64,000 nucleotides of DNA from an uncultured archaeon (GTDB lineage Archaea; Altiarchaeota; Altiarchaeia; JAFGQM01). The number at the start of each line of letters is the position of its first letter. The stretch's first letter is position 1. Location of the stretch: assembly GCA_964592405.1 (NCBI GenBank), contig CAZQBY010000007.1, forward strand, positions 1-64,000. The letters run 5' to 3'. The notes under the pieces are model-generated. The model was not told the DNA's origin. It searched no databases and saw only the letters and a list, made by a program, of their open reading frames with translations. The position numbers were made by a program, and so were the translations under genes. This document shows, in pieces, positions 39,362-49,603 of this stretch.

Positions 39362-41811
39362 TGATGTTGTCCTTCTTCGGAATTGCATTTGAGATTCCTC
39401 TTGTCATCTTCCTGATAATACCGGCACTGCTGGCTTTTGCCTTTGCCAATCGGGATTTACTGCTCAAAAAGAAAAGGAGAAAGATCCACCTCATTGCCAT
39501 AAGGTCGGCAACCATCACAGCCCTGTTCTTGGTGCTTGCCATGCCCTACACGGTTAGGGAGGAAAACATAATGCAGGAGGTGACCTCTGTCCTTATCATA
39601 GATGACAATAGTGACAGCATGGCGGTTTACAGAAGCCTCAATGGAATGGATATCAGGGAGTCTATAGAAGCAATGGTGGGTGATGTGTCAAATATTGGAT
39701 TCATAAACCTGTCCACTAGAAATTACACCGCACTTGGTGATGCCATATATCAGGGTATACTTGGCTCTTCATCCAAGATGATAGACATAATACTCGCAAG
39801 TGACGGCAACAACAACAGGGGAGCGGACATCATTGATATTGCGGCCTTCGCAGCCGAAACAAACACAAGGATATTCCCCGTGTTGCCGGCTCCCACCAAG
39901 AGTGAAGTGTATATAAGCACGATAGCTGGATCCAACAGGATTCCTGTAAACTCCAAATATGCAGGGAGAGTAGTAGTCAAGAAGATCGGAAAGGAAGCAA
40001 ATTATAATCTCCGCATATTCATTGATGAGGAGAAAATATTGGACACGCCGGTCATTCAGAGCACTTCAGCAAAAGAGTTTCAATTTGAGCATATATTCAA
40101 CAGTAAGGGCCCCCACAATATAACTGCAAGGATATCTCCGGACTCCGAGGATATATTCTCACAAAATAATGTCTTCAGCAAGATAGTGAAGGTTGTGGAG
40201 AGACCCAGGATACTGCTAGTTAGCAGGGCAGAAGACTCGCCCCTTCGCCAGGTGCTGGATGAATTTTACAGCGTGGATGTCAGGGACAGCATGCCACAGA
40301 TCCTTGATAGATACGATGGGATAGTTTTGGACAACCAGCCGGCCGGGTCCGTAGTATATCTGGATGAGCTCCGTGATTCCCTGCGCAATGGAGGGGGCCT
40401 GCTTGTGGTTGGCGGCAATAACTCATACAATGATGGCGGATATTATGGGAGTGAATTTGAGAATCTCCTGCCGGTTAGATCCAGTGAAGCACCAAGCAAA
40501 AAAGGCGAACAGATGAACGTCATCATACTGCTGGACATATCCGGCTCTACGGGTGCAATAATGTCTGGTGAGACAAAGATCGACGTGGAGAAAGCAATAG
40601 CAGTGAAGATAATCAGGGAGCTGGCCAAGAAAACCCATATAGGGATCGTGGCCTTTAACTCAGATGCCTTTGTAATCCGGTCGATACAGAAGATTGAAGA
40701 TACCACTGCCTTGGAGGACAGGATATCACGACTGAGCTTTGGAGGTGGAACCTATGTGCTGGTGGGACTTATAAAAGCCAGAGATATGCTGAGGTCCGTA
40801 CAGGGCTCCAGATATATAATCCTGATATCTGACGGTATAACCAACTATCCTGCCCAGGCATTCGAGGAGGCCTCCTCTATGGGGGCGGATGATCTCACTA
40901 TCCATACCATAGGAGTTGGTTTTGATACAGATGCCGCCTTCATGAGGGGCCTCGCACTTCGTGGCAATGGGATATATTTCGAACCGACAGAAACCGAAAG
41001 GATAAAGATAATCTTTGGCGAGTTAGATGAGGGCGGGCAGGAAGAAGGGAGATTCAGCATGATTTTAACGGATACTCATCACTTCATAACCAGGGGGATG
41101 GGCAGCACCAACATCTCAATACATGAGTTTAACAGGATGACAAAAAAGTCCAGCGCACGGGTGCTGGCCACTACACAGGATATGCAACCACTTCTGACTG
41201 TATGGAGGTTTGGACTTGGCAGGGTTGTAAGCTTGGCAGTAGATGATGGATCGGAATGGGCCACCAGTCTCTATACTGAAGGCAACTCAAAGCTGGTCTC
41301 ATCAATGATAAACTGGATAGTCGGGGATCCGGACATGGAAGAGGGACTCCACATAGATTGTACTGATACGCGTGTAGGAGAGGAGACTCCTGTTATAATC
41401 TCCGCAGAGGCTGAATACCCCGCCGTGAGTATGGGTGGGGAGGACATCAGTCTGGGCCGCCTTGACGAAAAAAAATATTTCTTCACTTATTATCCGGAAC
41501 GCCCGGGATTTGAAACAGTCCAATCTGACGGAAAATCCTGCATTATGGCTGTTAACTATCCTGAGGAATACAGCGAATTTGAGGTAAAGAGAGATTTACT
41601 GGCAGCCCTAGCAAACATAACCAAGGGAAAGATGTATCATCTCGACAATATGGCTGAACTGATCAACGACCTCTCCAGGCAGGTGAGAACGGAGTCCACA
41701 GGTGTGGAGACAAAAAAGATCAACATGCAGCTCTGGTTTACGTTTGTTGCAATCATGTTATTCTCCATAGATGTTATCATAAGGAGGGTGGGTGAAATAA
41801 GGAAGAAGTAG
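39358..41811 (+). CDS. vWA and GATase-like domain membrane protein
   Basis: DNSDSM and DISGS MIDAS-like motifs, ISDG, WRFGLGRV. Confidence 0.85.
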   Translation: MMMLSFFGIAFEIPLVIFLIIPALLAFAFANRDLLLKKKRRKIHLIAIRSATITALFLVLAMPYTVREENIMQEVTSVLIIDDNSDSMAVYRSLNGMDIRESIEAMVGDVSNIGFINLSTRNYTALGDAIYQGILGSSSKMIDIILASDGNNNRGADIIDIAAFAAETNTRIFPVLPAPTKSEVYISTIAGSNRIPVNSKYAGRVVVKKIGKEANYNLRIFIDEEKILDTPVIQSTSAKEFQFEHIFNSKGPHNITARISPDSEDIFSQNNVFSKIVKVVERPRILLVSRAEDSPLRQVLDEFYSVDVRDSMPQILDRYDGIVLDNQPAGSVVYLDELRDSLRNGGGLLVVGGNNSYNDGGYYGSEFENLLPVRSSEAPSKKGEQMNVIILLDISGSTGAIMSGETKIDVEKAIAVKIIRELAKKTHIGIVAFNSDAFVIRSIQKIEDTTALEDRISRLSFGGGTYVLVGLIKARDMLRSVQGSRYIILISDGITNYPAQAFEEASSMGADDLTIHTIGVGFDTDAAFMRGLALRGNGIYFEPTETERIKIIFGELDEGGQEEGRFSMILTDTHHFITRGMGSTNISIHEFNRMTKKSSARVLATTQDMQPLLTVWRFGLGRVVSLAVDDGSEWATSLYTEGNSKLVSSMINWIVGDPDMEEGLHIDCTDTRVGEETPVIISAEAEYPAVSMGGEDISLGRLDEKKYFFTYYPERPGFETVQSDGKSCIMAVNYPEEYSEFEVKRDLLAALANITKGKMYHLDNMAELINDLSRQVRTESTGVETKKINMQLWFTFVAIMLFSIDVIIRRVGEIRKK

Positions 41812-41854
41812 AAAAAGATATAAGGTTTAAGTCCCAAACTAAACAAAATAGGGT

Positions 41855-43102
41855 ATGACATTGCTTCTTAAGGGTTGTAGATTCCTGGTCACACAGGATT
41901 TGAAAAAGCGGATATTGGAGAGAGCTGATATCCTGATAGAAGGAACCCATATCGTCAAAATAGGGAAGAATCTGAAGGGAGACCGGACAATAGACTGTTC
42001 TAGATCTCTGGTTATGCCGGGATTGATTAACACACATACTCATATATCCATGGCAACATTTCGTGGGGTTGCAGATGACGTCAGGCTGGAGGAGTTTCTG
42101 AAAAAGACATACAGCATAGACTCAAAACTCAAGAAGAAGGACATTTATATGGGTGCATTATTGGGTTGTCTAGAATCCATAAAATTCGGAACAACATGTT
42201 TTAACGACTTATATTATTGGGAAGATGAAATAGCCAAAGCAGCACTTGAGCTGGGATTGCGCGCAAATTTGGCATGGGCAGTTCTCGACAAGGATAAGAC
42301 TACCCAGAAAGGCGATCCGGTTGATAACTGTGATTCATTTATCAGAAGATGGAAAGGTAAATCCGATCTGATTGTTCCTGAAGTGGGTGTACAGGGAGTC
42401 TATGCTGCCTCAGCTGAGACTTATACGCGCGCAAAAGAGCTATCCGAAAAGCACAACGTTGGAATACATACCCATCTCTCTGAAACGCGCGAGGAGGTCT
42501 ATGACAATGTCAGGCGCTGTGGAAAGCGTCCAGTGGAGTGGTTGGATGGACTGGGTTTTCTGAACGAGCGTTTGACTGCAGCACACTGTGTGTGGATGAC
42601 CAAAAGAGAGATGGATATTATTGCAAACCATGGTGTGAACCCGTCACATAACCCCACATCAAATCTCAAGCTCGCAAGTGGCGGTTTGTGTCCGGTCCCG
42701 GAGCTGCTTGAGCGGGGCGTGAACGTTACCCTCGGAACGGACAGCTGCGCGTCCAATAACAATCTGGACTTGTTCAAGGAGATGAAGCTGGCTGCTCTTC
42801 TCCATAAGAATTCCAAGTGGGATGCAAGTCTTGTCCCAGCACAAACAGCGCTCGATATGGCTACAATTAATGGAGCAAAGGCCCTTGGCATAAATGCGGG
42901 CTCATTAGAGGAGGGCAAGCTGGCCGATATTATAATTATTAATCTGGATAAACCAAATCTCATACCAATGAGGAATGTGGTAAGCAATATTGTTTATTCC
43001 ATGAATGGCAGTGATGTGGATACAAGCATAATAAACGGCAAGGTTGTCATGCTTGGCCATCAGGTGGAGAAGGAATTTAAGATAATTGAGAGACTAACTT
43101 AG
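41855..43102 (+). CDS. MTA/SAH/5'-deoxyadenosine deaminase (amidohydrolase)
   Basis: NTHTH, HLSET, AHCV, NLKLASG, GTDSCASNN; adjacent to ahcY. Confidence 0.85.
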   Translation: MTLLLKGCRFLVTQDLKKRILERADILIEGTHIVKIGKNLKGDRTIDCSRSLVMPGLINTHTHISMATFRGVADDVRLEEFLKKTYSIDSKLKKKDIYMGALLGCLESIKFGTTCFNDLYYWEDEIAKAALELGLRANLAWAVLDKDKTTQKGDPVDNCDSFIRRWKGKSDLIVPEVGVQGVYAASAETYTRAKELSEKHNVGIHTHLSETREEVYDNVRRCGKRPVEWLDGLGFLNERLTAAHCVWMTKREMDIIANHGVNPSHNPTSNLKLASGGLCPVPELLERGVNVTLGTDSCASNNNLDLFKEMKLAALLHKNSKWDASLVPAQTALDMATINGAKALGINAGSLEEGKLADIIIINLDKPNLIPMRNVVSNIVYSMNGSDVDTSIINGKVVMLGHQVEKEFKIIERLT

Positions 43103-43120
43103 CGAGAAACCAACTTAGCC

Positions 43121-44368
43121 ATGAAATCCCAAGTGAAGTTCCCGGAGCTCACTGAGAAGGGCAGGCTCAAGATAGAGTGGGCCAGGGAGCACATGCCCGT
43201 TCTCGGTCTTGTGAGGAAGAGGTTCAAGAAGGAAAAACCACTGGAGGGGGTAAGGGTCGCTATGGCCCTCCATGTCGAACCAAAGACCTGTGTTCTTGCA
43301 ATGGTGTTAAGAGATGGTGGTGCCAAGGTTGCGATAACAGGCTGCAATCCCCTGACTACACAGGATGATGCAGCGGCGGCCCTGGCTGAAGAAGAGGATA
43401 TTACAGTCCGTTGCTGGAATGGGGAAACAGTAGACGAGTATTACACCAACCTCAATAGTATTCTGAATTGCAAGCCGAATATCACTATAGACGATGGCTG
43501 CGATCTAGTGTCACTTGTGCATACCAAGAGGACGGACCTTCTAAAAGATATAATCGGTGGCTGTGAGGAAACTACAACTGGAATAAACAGGCTCAGGGTC
43601 ATGGAGAGGAAGGGTATTCTCAAGTACCCAATGATAGATGTCAATGATGCCTACACGAAACACATGTTTGACAATAGATATGGCACAGGACAATCAACCA
43701 TTGATGGTGTTTTATCAGCTACGAACCTTCTCCTTGCCGGCAAGAATCTTGTTGTTTGTGGTTATGGCTGGTGTGGTAAAGGTATAGCAATGCGTGCGAA
43801 AGGAATGGGTTGTAAAGTCATAGTGACGGAGGTGGATGAAATCCGGGCTCTTGAGGCACATATGGATGGCTTCCAAGTGATGACTCTGAAGGAAGCGGCC
43901 AGATTGGGTGATGTGTTCATATCTGCTACTGGAAACAAGTATGTCATAAGGGGGGAGCATATGAAGCTCATGAAGGATGGTGCAATCCTGGCGAATGCCG
44001 GACACTTTGACAATGAGATAGAGAAGAGCTATTTGGAAGGTGGTAAGAAGCGGCACATCAGAGAGAACGTCGAAGAGTTTACAGTTGATGGGAAAAAGCT
44101 GTATCTCCTAGCCGACGGAAGGCTAGTGAACCTGGTTGCAGGGCAGGGACATCCAGCCGAAATAATGGATATGTCATTTGCCAACCAAGCACTGGCCACG
44201 GAGTTTTTGGTCAGGAATAAGGGCAAGCTGGAGCCGAAGGTCTACCGCATGCCGGAGGAGATAGACCGAAGCATCGCGAGGCTAAAGCTGAAGAGCCTAG
44301 GCATAAGCATCGACCGGCTCACCGACGAGCAGAATGCCTACCTGAATGAGTGGAAAGAGGGGACGTGA
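43121..44368 (+). CDS. ahcY: Adenosyl(inosyl)homocysteinase
   Basis: EETTTG, KHMFDNRYGTGQS, GYGWCGKG, GRLVNL..GHP. Confidence 0.96.
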   Translation: MKSQVKFPELTEKGRLKIEWAREHMPVLGLVRKRFKKEKPLEGVRVAMALHVEPKTCVLAMVLRDGGAKVAITGCNPLTTQDDAAAALAEEEDITVRCWNGETVDEYYTNLNSILNCKPNITIDDGCDLVSLVHTKRTDLLKDIIGGCEETTTGINRLRVMERKGILKYPMIDVNDAYTKHMFDNRYGTGQSTIDGVLSATNLLLAGKNLVVCGYGWCGKGIAMRAKGMGCKVIVTEVDEIRALEAHMDGFQVMTLKEAARLGDVFISATGNKYVIRGEHMKLMKDGAILANAGHFDNEIEKSYLEGGKKRHIRENVEEFTVDGKKLYLLADGRLVNLVAGQGHPAEIMDMSFANQALATEFLVRNKGKLEPKVYRMPEEIDRSIARLKLKSLGISIDRLTDEQNAYLNEWKEGT

Positions 44369-44399
44369 GGTTTTATGCTTTGCTACTCAAATAAATAAA

Positions 44400-44558
44400 A
44401 TGCCTAAGAGGGGAATACCAAAAAAGGCCCGAGACCATATAAAACTTATCTGCCCTAAATGCGGTACTATGATTACGGTCACTAGAAGGCCTGGCATAAG
44501 AAGTGCGAAGTGCCCGGGAAAGGGATGTGGGGAGAGGATAAGAATCCCCAAGAGATAA
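44400..44558 (+). CDS. Small basic Zn-ribbon protein (52 aa)
   Basis: MPKRGIPKK..CPKCG...CPGKGCG; likely start 44400. Confidence 0.6.
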   Translation: MPKRGIPKKARDHIKLICPKCGTMITVTRRPGIRSAKCPGKGCGERIRIPKR

Positions 44559-44597
44559 GCCTTTCTATTTTTATCAGAAAGCCCCTTAAGTTAAGCG

Positions 44598-45809
44598 ATG
44601 AAAGCCATCCTCGTCATAATGGACGGTCTGGGTGACCGGCCGATAAAGGAATTCGGCGGTAAAACGCCCCTTGAGTATGCCCAAACTCCCAACCTCGACG
44701 CATTAGCAAAGCGTGGTGTATGTGGCATTATGGATCCCATAAAGCCGGGGATAACTCCTGGAAGTGATACAGCACATCTCTCCATCTTTGGACTTGATCC
44801 CCACAAGTACTATCATGGAAGGGGGCCAATAGAAGCCTGTGGTGCTGGAGTGAGGCTCGAACATGGCGACATTGCCTTCCGTGCCAATATGGGGACTGTT
44901 GATGATAACATGGTTGTCATAGACCGCCGGGCAGGTAGGATCGAAAGTACTGTGGAACTCTGTAAAGAGCTGGACGGTCTGAAGATTGACGGCGTGCAGA
45001 TAATCCTAAAGCCCAGTACGTGGTATCGTGCTGCCCTTGTCCTGCGTGGGAGGGGAATAAGCGACAAGGTAACAGGTAACGATTCAAAGAAGACCAATGT
45101 CGTCGTTCAGGAAGTCAGACCATTGGATGACTCAAAGGAAGCGAAAAAGACAGCAAATGTCCTCAACAAGCTGACAAGGATTTCTCATGAGAGATTAGAG
45201 AGTTTGGAACTGAACAGAAAGAGGATTGAGGAGGGCAAACTCCCAGCCAATATTTTGCTATTCAGAGGTGGGGGGCAGTATGTACCTGTCCCAACCATCA
45301 AAGAGAGATATGGTATGAGGTGTGCCTGTATAGCTACTGGACTTTATAGAGGCATAGGTGCCTTTCTTGGAATGGAGTTGATAGACGTCCCCGGAGCTAC
45401 CGGCAGGTATGACTCCGATTTTTCTGCGAAAACAAGGAGAGCTGTAGAGATAATCGATGAATATGATTTTATCTTCATTCATATGAAGCCCGCAGACTCA
45501 GCTGGTGAGGATGGAAATCCGGAGCTGAAGGTAGAAATGATTGAAAGGATGGATGAGGCTATGGGCGAGCTGCTGGATTTTGATGGTCTTGTGGTATCAA
45601 CAGCAGACCACAGCACTCCTTGTGAGCTGAAGAAGCATTCCTATGAGCCTGTCCCGATAGTCATTGCTGGGCCGGGAATAGTGATGGATGATGTAAAGAG
45701 ATTTGGTGAGCGCTCCTGTTCCAAAGGCGGCTTGCACAGGATTCGTGGCCTTGATCTGATGCCCATAATTGCCAGTCACACAGGTTTCTCAAAGCTCTAT
45801 GGGGCCTAA
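44598..45809 (+). CDS. apgM: 2,3-BPG-independent phosphoglycerate mutase (archaeal type)
   Basis: DGLGDRP, GSDTAHLS, GRGPIEA, TADHSTP. Confidence 0.94.
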   Translation: MKAILVIMDGLGDRPIKEFGGKTPLEYAQTPNLDALAKRGVCGIMDPIKPGITPGSDTAHLSIFGLDPHKYYHGRGPIEACGAGVRLEHGDIAFRANMGTVDDNMVVIDRRAGRIESTVELCKELDGLKIDGVQIILKPSTWYRAALVLRGRGISDKVTGNDSKKTNVVVQEVRPLDDSKEAKKTANVLNKLTRISHERLESLELNRKRIEEGKLPANILLFRGGGQYVPVPTIKERYGMRCACIATGLYRGIGAFLGMELIDVPGATGRYDSDFSAKTRRAVEIIDEYDFIFIHMKPADSAGEDGNPELKVEMIERMDEAMGELLDFDGLVVSTADHSTPCELKKHSYEPVPIVIAGPGIVMDDVKRFGERSCSKGGLHRIRGLDLMPIIASHTGFSKLYGA

Positions 45810-45812
45810 AGC

Positions 45813-47045
45813 CTAATCCGTCTCTATCTCAAACCTGAACCATAGGGCTACTTCCGCGTCAAGCGTCTTTGGATTCCATCTCATCGGGTGGATAAATATG
45901 TCATCTCCCACTATCTCATAGAACTCGGTTGGTATGAAAGAATCCAGCTCTGGTGAGTTATAGACCCTCCATGTCTTGAGTTTCCCGGGCCATCTGGCGG
46001 TCTGCATGCCTGCCAGCCTTATATCATCTATGTCATCATCAGAGGTTGTTGTCTTGTCCTCCCGGCCGTTTTGGTCAGTTGCAACCAGCCTGTTGCCGTT
46101 GATCTCTAGAGAGATCCTTATTTGGGGTCCAGTCCAGATGCAGGCGTCCAAACCCATACTCTTTTTGATACACTTTCCACCATTCCAGCCCGACTCACTT
46201 GTATCTGGAATCTGGATGTCAAATATATTATTGTTATTGGTTGCCCTAAAACCGGGTACAACAATATCTAGATAATAAAGGCTGGTGTCCTCTCTTGTCA
46301 GCTGGAAATAGGTATAGGTCTCGCCTCCCTGCGGAGGTACTACAAATTTGTTGGAGTACCAGTGGGTATTGAAGTGATAAGTGCTCTGAAGTTTGAAGTC
46401 CTTGGAAACATCCTCCACAAGCTGCCTTCTAACCTCTATTTCTTCACCCTCCCTGTTGTTCTCTTCATTCCTTTCGTCTATCATGTTGTCAGGATCGATA
46501 ACAAGTCTCAGTGCATGCTGCCCAACCTGGTCCTCGGTTGGAGTCCATTCGAATGTCAAATCCATCGTTTCATCAGCGGCTATGCTGACTGTTTTGGTGG
46601 CCACTGGTGTATCCCCAAGGAAAAGGGCAACTGTCACATTGGTCGTGTTGTAATCCCCTTTGTTCTTGACAGAGGTAGTGATTGTCAATCTCTCGCCCAC
46701 AAAAACCCTGCCACTGACAACATTGAAGGAGCGTATGTCCAAATCCGGTTTGGTAACCAGTGGTGGCTCTTCCTCTTGGGGCGTCGGTCCAGCTGATGTT
46801 CCGCTTGTGTTATCGGCTATCTGCTCCGTGTAGGTCTGTCGGCCCCCCCACATAACAAGTTCTATGCTGATTATGGTTATGGTAATGACCACTATTATGG
46901 ATATTATCAACATATCTCTTCTACACCTATCCCGTCGCTTTGCGACCGACAGTTTGGAAAAGCGGTTATTGCGTCCAAATCTCAGATAGTTGCTTATGCC
47001 TGTTGAACCGCCTTCAAGCTGCCTCCGCAGGCTTCTAAGACTCAT
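45813..47045 (-). CDS. Membrane-anchored CARDB (Ig-like) surface protein
   Basis: N-terminal TM; PDL...VKNKG...IDPDNMIDERNEENN; start uncertain. Confidence 0.8.
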   Translation of the reverse strand: MSLRSLRRQLEGGSTGISNYLRFGRNNRFSKLSVAKRRDRCRRDMLIISIIVVITITIISIELVMWGGRQTYTEQIADNTSGTSAGPTPQEEEPPLVTKPDLDIRSFNVVSGRVFVGERLTITTSVKNKGDYNTTNVTVALFLGDTPVATKTVSIAADETMDLTFEWTPTEDQVGQHALRLVIDPDNMIDERNEENNREGEEIEVRRQLVEDVSKDFKLQSTYHFNTHWYSNKFVVPPQGGETYTYFQLTREDTSLYYLDIVVPGFRATNNNNIFDIQIPDTSESGWNGGKCIKKSMGLDACIWTGPQIRISLEINGNRLVATDQNGREDKTTTSDDDIDDIRLAGMQTARWPGKLKTWRVYNSPELDSFIPTEFYEIVGDDIFIHPMRWNPKTLDAEVALWFRFEIETD

Positions 47046-47251
47046 TCTATAGCCTTCCAGAATAGAACTGCCATCAACACAAATACCGGTAACCAGAGAA
47101 GGAGGACATTGCCAATCTGCATGAGATAGATGGCATACAGCTCCCCTGCTATAAATATCAAAAGTAGAAATATCAGGAATGCTGTAAGAAGATCCGTAAA
47201 GAGCTTTCTGAGCTCATCCCAGAAGCTGGTTTTGCTCTTTTCGTCAGCCAT
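47042..47251 (-). CDS. Small two-TM membrane protein
   Basis: MADEKSK... followed by two hydrophobic helices. Confidence 0.6.
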   Translation of the reverse strand: MADEKSKTSFWDELRKLFTDLLTAFLIFLLLIFIAGELYAIYLMQIGNVLLLWLPVFVLMAVLFWKAIE

Positions 47252-47479
47252 ATTCAAAAAATAAAAGCGTGTAATATGAAGCACGTTCTAAAAAAAGAAG
47301 GGAGAAAGGGGCAGGAGAAGGAGAAGGAAGAATTAAATGGGCGAATAAAACCCTTCCTATTGGTTTTTATACTAGTAACATGAAAAATATAGAGCATAAG
47401 CACAGATGGGGGTTGATAATGCTCTTTTGTAAGTTCTATAGAACTGTGCTTGCATTAAAAAGTTACATGGGTGAACAAA

Positions 47480-47767
47480 ATGGCTGAAAAGAGATATTAT
47501 GTGCTAAGAAAGGGTGGGAAGGACACCAACCACGTATACACCGGAAAGGGGCCACATCAGGCTGCCTTGAAGGCCGCAACCGACGGTTATACCTCAATAG
47601 AGCTTAGGGAGAGAGGTGGTAAGAGAAAGAAGGGCATGGTGAAAATCCACGTCTTCTCCGGCAGCAGGGAGAAAGTGGATGCTCCTGCCGACAGGCCATC
47701 ATGGCTACCAGCGAAGGTCTGGAAGCCAAAGGTCTCGAAAAAGGGTATCAAGTGGGAGAAGCTCTGA
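47480..47767 (+). CDS. Non-histone chromosomal protein MC1
   Basis: KRYYVLR, YTGKGPHQAALKAA, LRERG, IHVFSG, PSWLP..VWKP.V.K. Confidence 0.9.
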   Translation: MAEKRYYVLRKGGKDTNHVYTGKGPHQAALKAATDGYTSIELRERGGKRKKGMVKIHVFSGSREKVDAPADRPSWLPAKVWKPKVSKKGIKWEKL

Positions 47768-47780
47768 TACTCCCTTATAA

Positions 47781-47910
47781 GCCCCCGGGCGGGGCCGTTT
47801 TTTCTTTCTTTTCTTTGTTGTTTTCTTTCTTGTTTTTTGTTTGTTTTCCTTGTATTCTTTGGTTTTTTGGTTTTGTTTTTTACTTTTCTCTTTTTTCATC
47901 TTTTTCATCT
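47781..47910 (+). terminator. GC hairpin followed by an unusually long T-rich tract
   Basis: GCCCC-cgggc-GGGGC, then about 110 nt dominated by T. Confidence 0.6.
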
Positions 47911-47938
47911 TGCCCCTCCAGTCCGTCTCTCCGGACAA

Positions 47939-49183
47939 ATGCTGCTTGAATATCTACTCCTCCTCCTGCTTGGCATTCTGGCAGGGATAGCTGCCGGACT
48001 GCTTCCTGGATTGCATGTAAACAATATAGGCGCTATCGCACTTTCAGCTCTCCCCGTCCTCACAATAAGCCCGGTCGCATTTGCAATCTTCCTCACCGCC
48101 ATGGCTACTACACAAACCTTCATAGATTTTCTACCGTCTATATTCTTGGGTGTTCCAGATGAGGACACCGTCCTCTCATTGCTACCCTCCCACAGGCTCT
48201 TGCTTGAGGGCAGGGGTATGGAGGCTGTAAGGATAACAGGTACAGCCAGCCTCTATGGGGTAGTAATATCACTTGTTCTATTGCCGGCAGCATTCCTGTT
48301 GGTCCCACCTCTCTATTCGGCAGTCAGATCGGCAATAGTCCCAATACTGCTGCTCGCCATTGCCTACCTGATACTACGCGAGGGCAGGGTTGAGAAAATC
48401 TTGTGGGCCACAAGCACATTCCTTATATCCGGTTATCTGGGATGGACCTGTCTGAACATTCCAGCAATTTCAACCAGCCGTGTATTCCTGCCGATGTTTT
48501 CCGGAATGTTTGGGCTAAGCACACTGATAATGGGTATAAAGACGAAGATACAATCCTATCCGCAAGATGTTGATGCAAAGGTAAAACTCGGACCCGGTAG
48601 TATATGGAAAAATTCCTTCCTTGGCTCGATTGGCGGTCTCTTGGTGGGGCTATTGCCCGCAATGTCGCCGTCACAGATTGGGATAATTCTTCAGGAAATC
48701 ACGGCCCTGAAGGAGAGGGCCAAGGAATCACTCGAGAACCTACACATACGCAGGTTTCTGACAACAGTGGCCTCCCTGAATACGGCAGATGCCATGTTCT
48801 CTATTTTTGCGCTTCACCTTATGAATAATCCGAGGAGTGGAATCAGCGTCATATTACAGGATTTATTCGGCCAGATAGATGCTGGCCTGCTTTTTCTGCT
48901 CTGTGGCGTCATGCTTATATCAGGTCTGATAGCCTACATGGCTCATATATACCTCGGCCGGAAGTTTTCAACAATGGCAGGGGAGGTGGATTTTCGCAAG
49001 CTTTCAGCAACTGGATTCTGCTTCATAGCAATTATGGTGTTCACAATGAGCGGAGCCTTTGGCATTGCTATAGCCATAGTCTCAACCATGATAGGGTTGG
49101 TGCCCGTCCTGACAGGGGTTTCCCGGACCCATTGTATGGGATGTCTTTTATTGCCAAGCCTCCTGTTTTTTATGGGGATTTAA
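47939..49183 (+). CDS. TctA-family (archaeal DUF112) membrane protein
   Basis: GLLPGLHVN, PSIFLGVPD, LPSHRLLLEGRG, NPRSG, RTHCMG; likely start 47939. Confidence 0.88.
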   Translation: MLLEYLLLLLLGILAGIAAGLLPGLHVNNIGAIALSALPVLTISPVAFAIFLTAMATTQTFIDFLPSIFLGVPDEDTVLSLLPSHRLLLEGRGMEAVRITGTASLYGVVISLVLLPAAFLLVPPLYSAVRSAIVPILLLAIAYLILREGRVEKILWATSTFLISGYLGWTCLNIPAISTSRVFLPMFSGMFGLSTLIMGIKTKIQSYPQDVDAKVKLGPGSIWKNSFLGSIGGLLVGLLPAMSPSQIGIILQEITALKERAKESLENLHIRRFLTTVASLNTADAMFSIFALHLMNNPRSGISVILQDLFGQIDAGLLFLLCGVMLISGLIAYMAHIYLGRKFSTMAGEVDFRKLSATGFCFIAIMVFTMSGAFGIAIAIVSTMIGLVPVLTGVSRTHCMGCLLLPSLLFFMGI

Positions 49184-49207
49184 ATTCATTGAAATCCTAA
49201 TTTCACC

Positions 49208-49528
49208 ATGGATAGTCAAACGCTCAGGAATATACAACAGAATCTTGCAACAACCAACATCCGACCGGTTTATGCAGATGAGGTGCTGGTTGCTCATACC
49301 ATAAAAGCTGGAAAAAATGCAAAGGGCAAGGTTTCGAAAGAGGCCCATCTCCACTTGGTGTTTATAGATATGACTACACAAAAACCCGTGGACAAGGTGG
49401 TACTGTCGCCCATAACGGCAATGGGGCTGCACAAGGCCCTTGGCGATTCCTTGGTGAAGATAGATAAGGAATTAAGGAGCAAGAGGGTTGAGAAAGGTAA
49501 AAAGGTAGACACAGATTATATCAGATGA
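49208..49528 (+). CDS. DUF3467-like small protein
   Basis: PVYADEV...LVFID....VVLSP..A..L..AL pattern. Confidence 0.55.
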   Translation: MDSQTLRNIQQNLATTNIRPVYADEVLVAHTIKAGKNAKGKVSKEAHLHLVFIDMTTQKPVDKVVLSPITAMGLHKALGDSLVKIDKELRSKRVEKGKKVDTDYIR

Positions 49529-49603
49529 GCTATCAGAATATCCATTACATCTTATAAATCCTTTTTAAATATTAACACTTTAATAAAAAGCCAATACCCA
49601 AAA

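Noticed and set aside
47705-47938. Lys-rich 77-aa minus-strand ORF and Phe-rich plus-strand extensions
   Set aside because: By-products of the T-rich tract; overlap MC1 antisense; no SD or family motif
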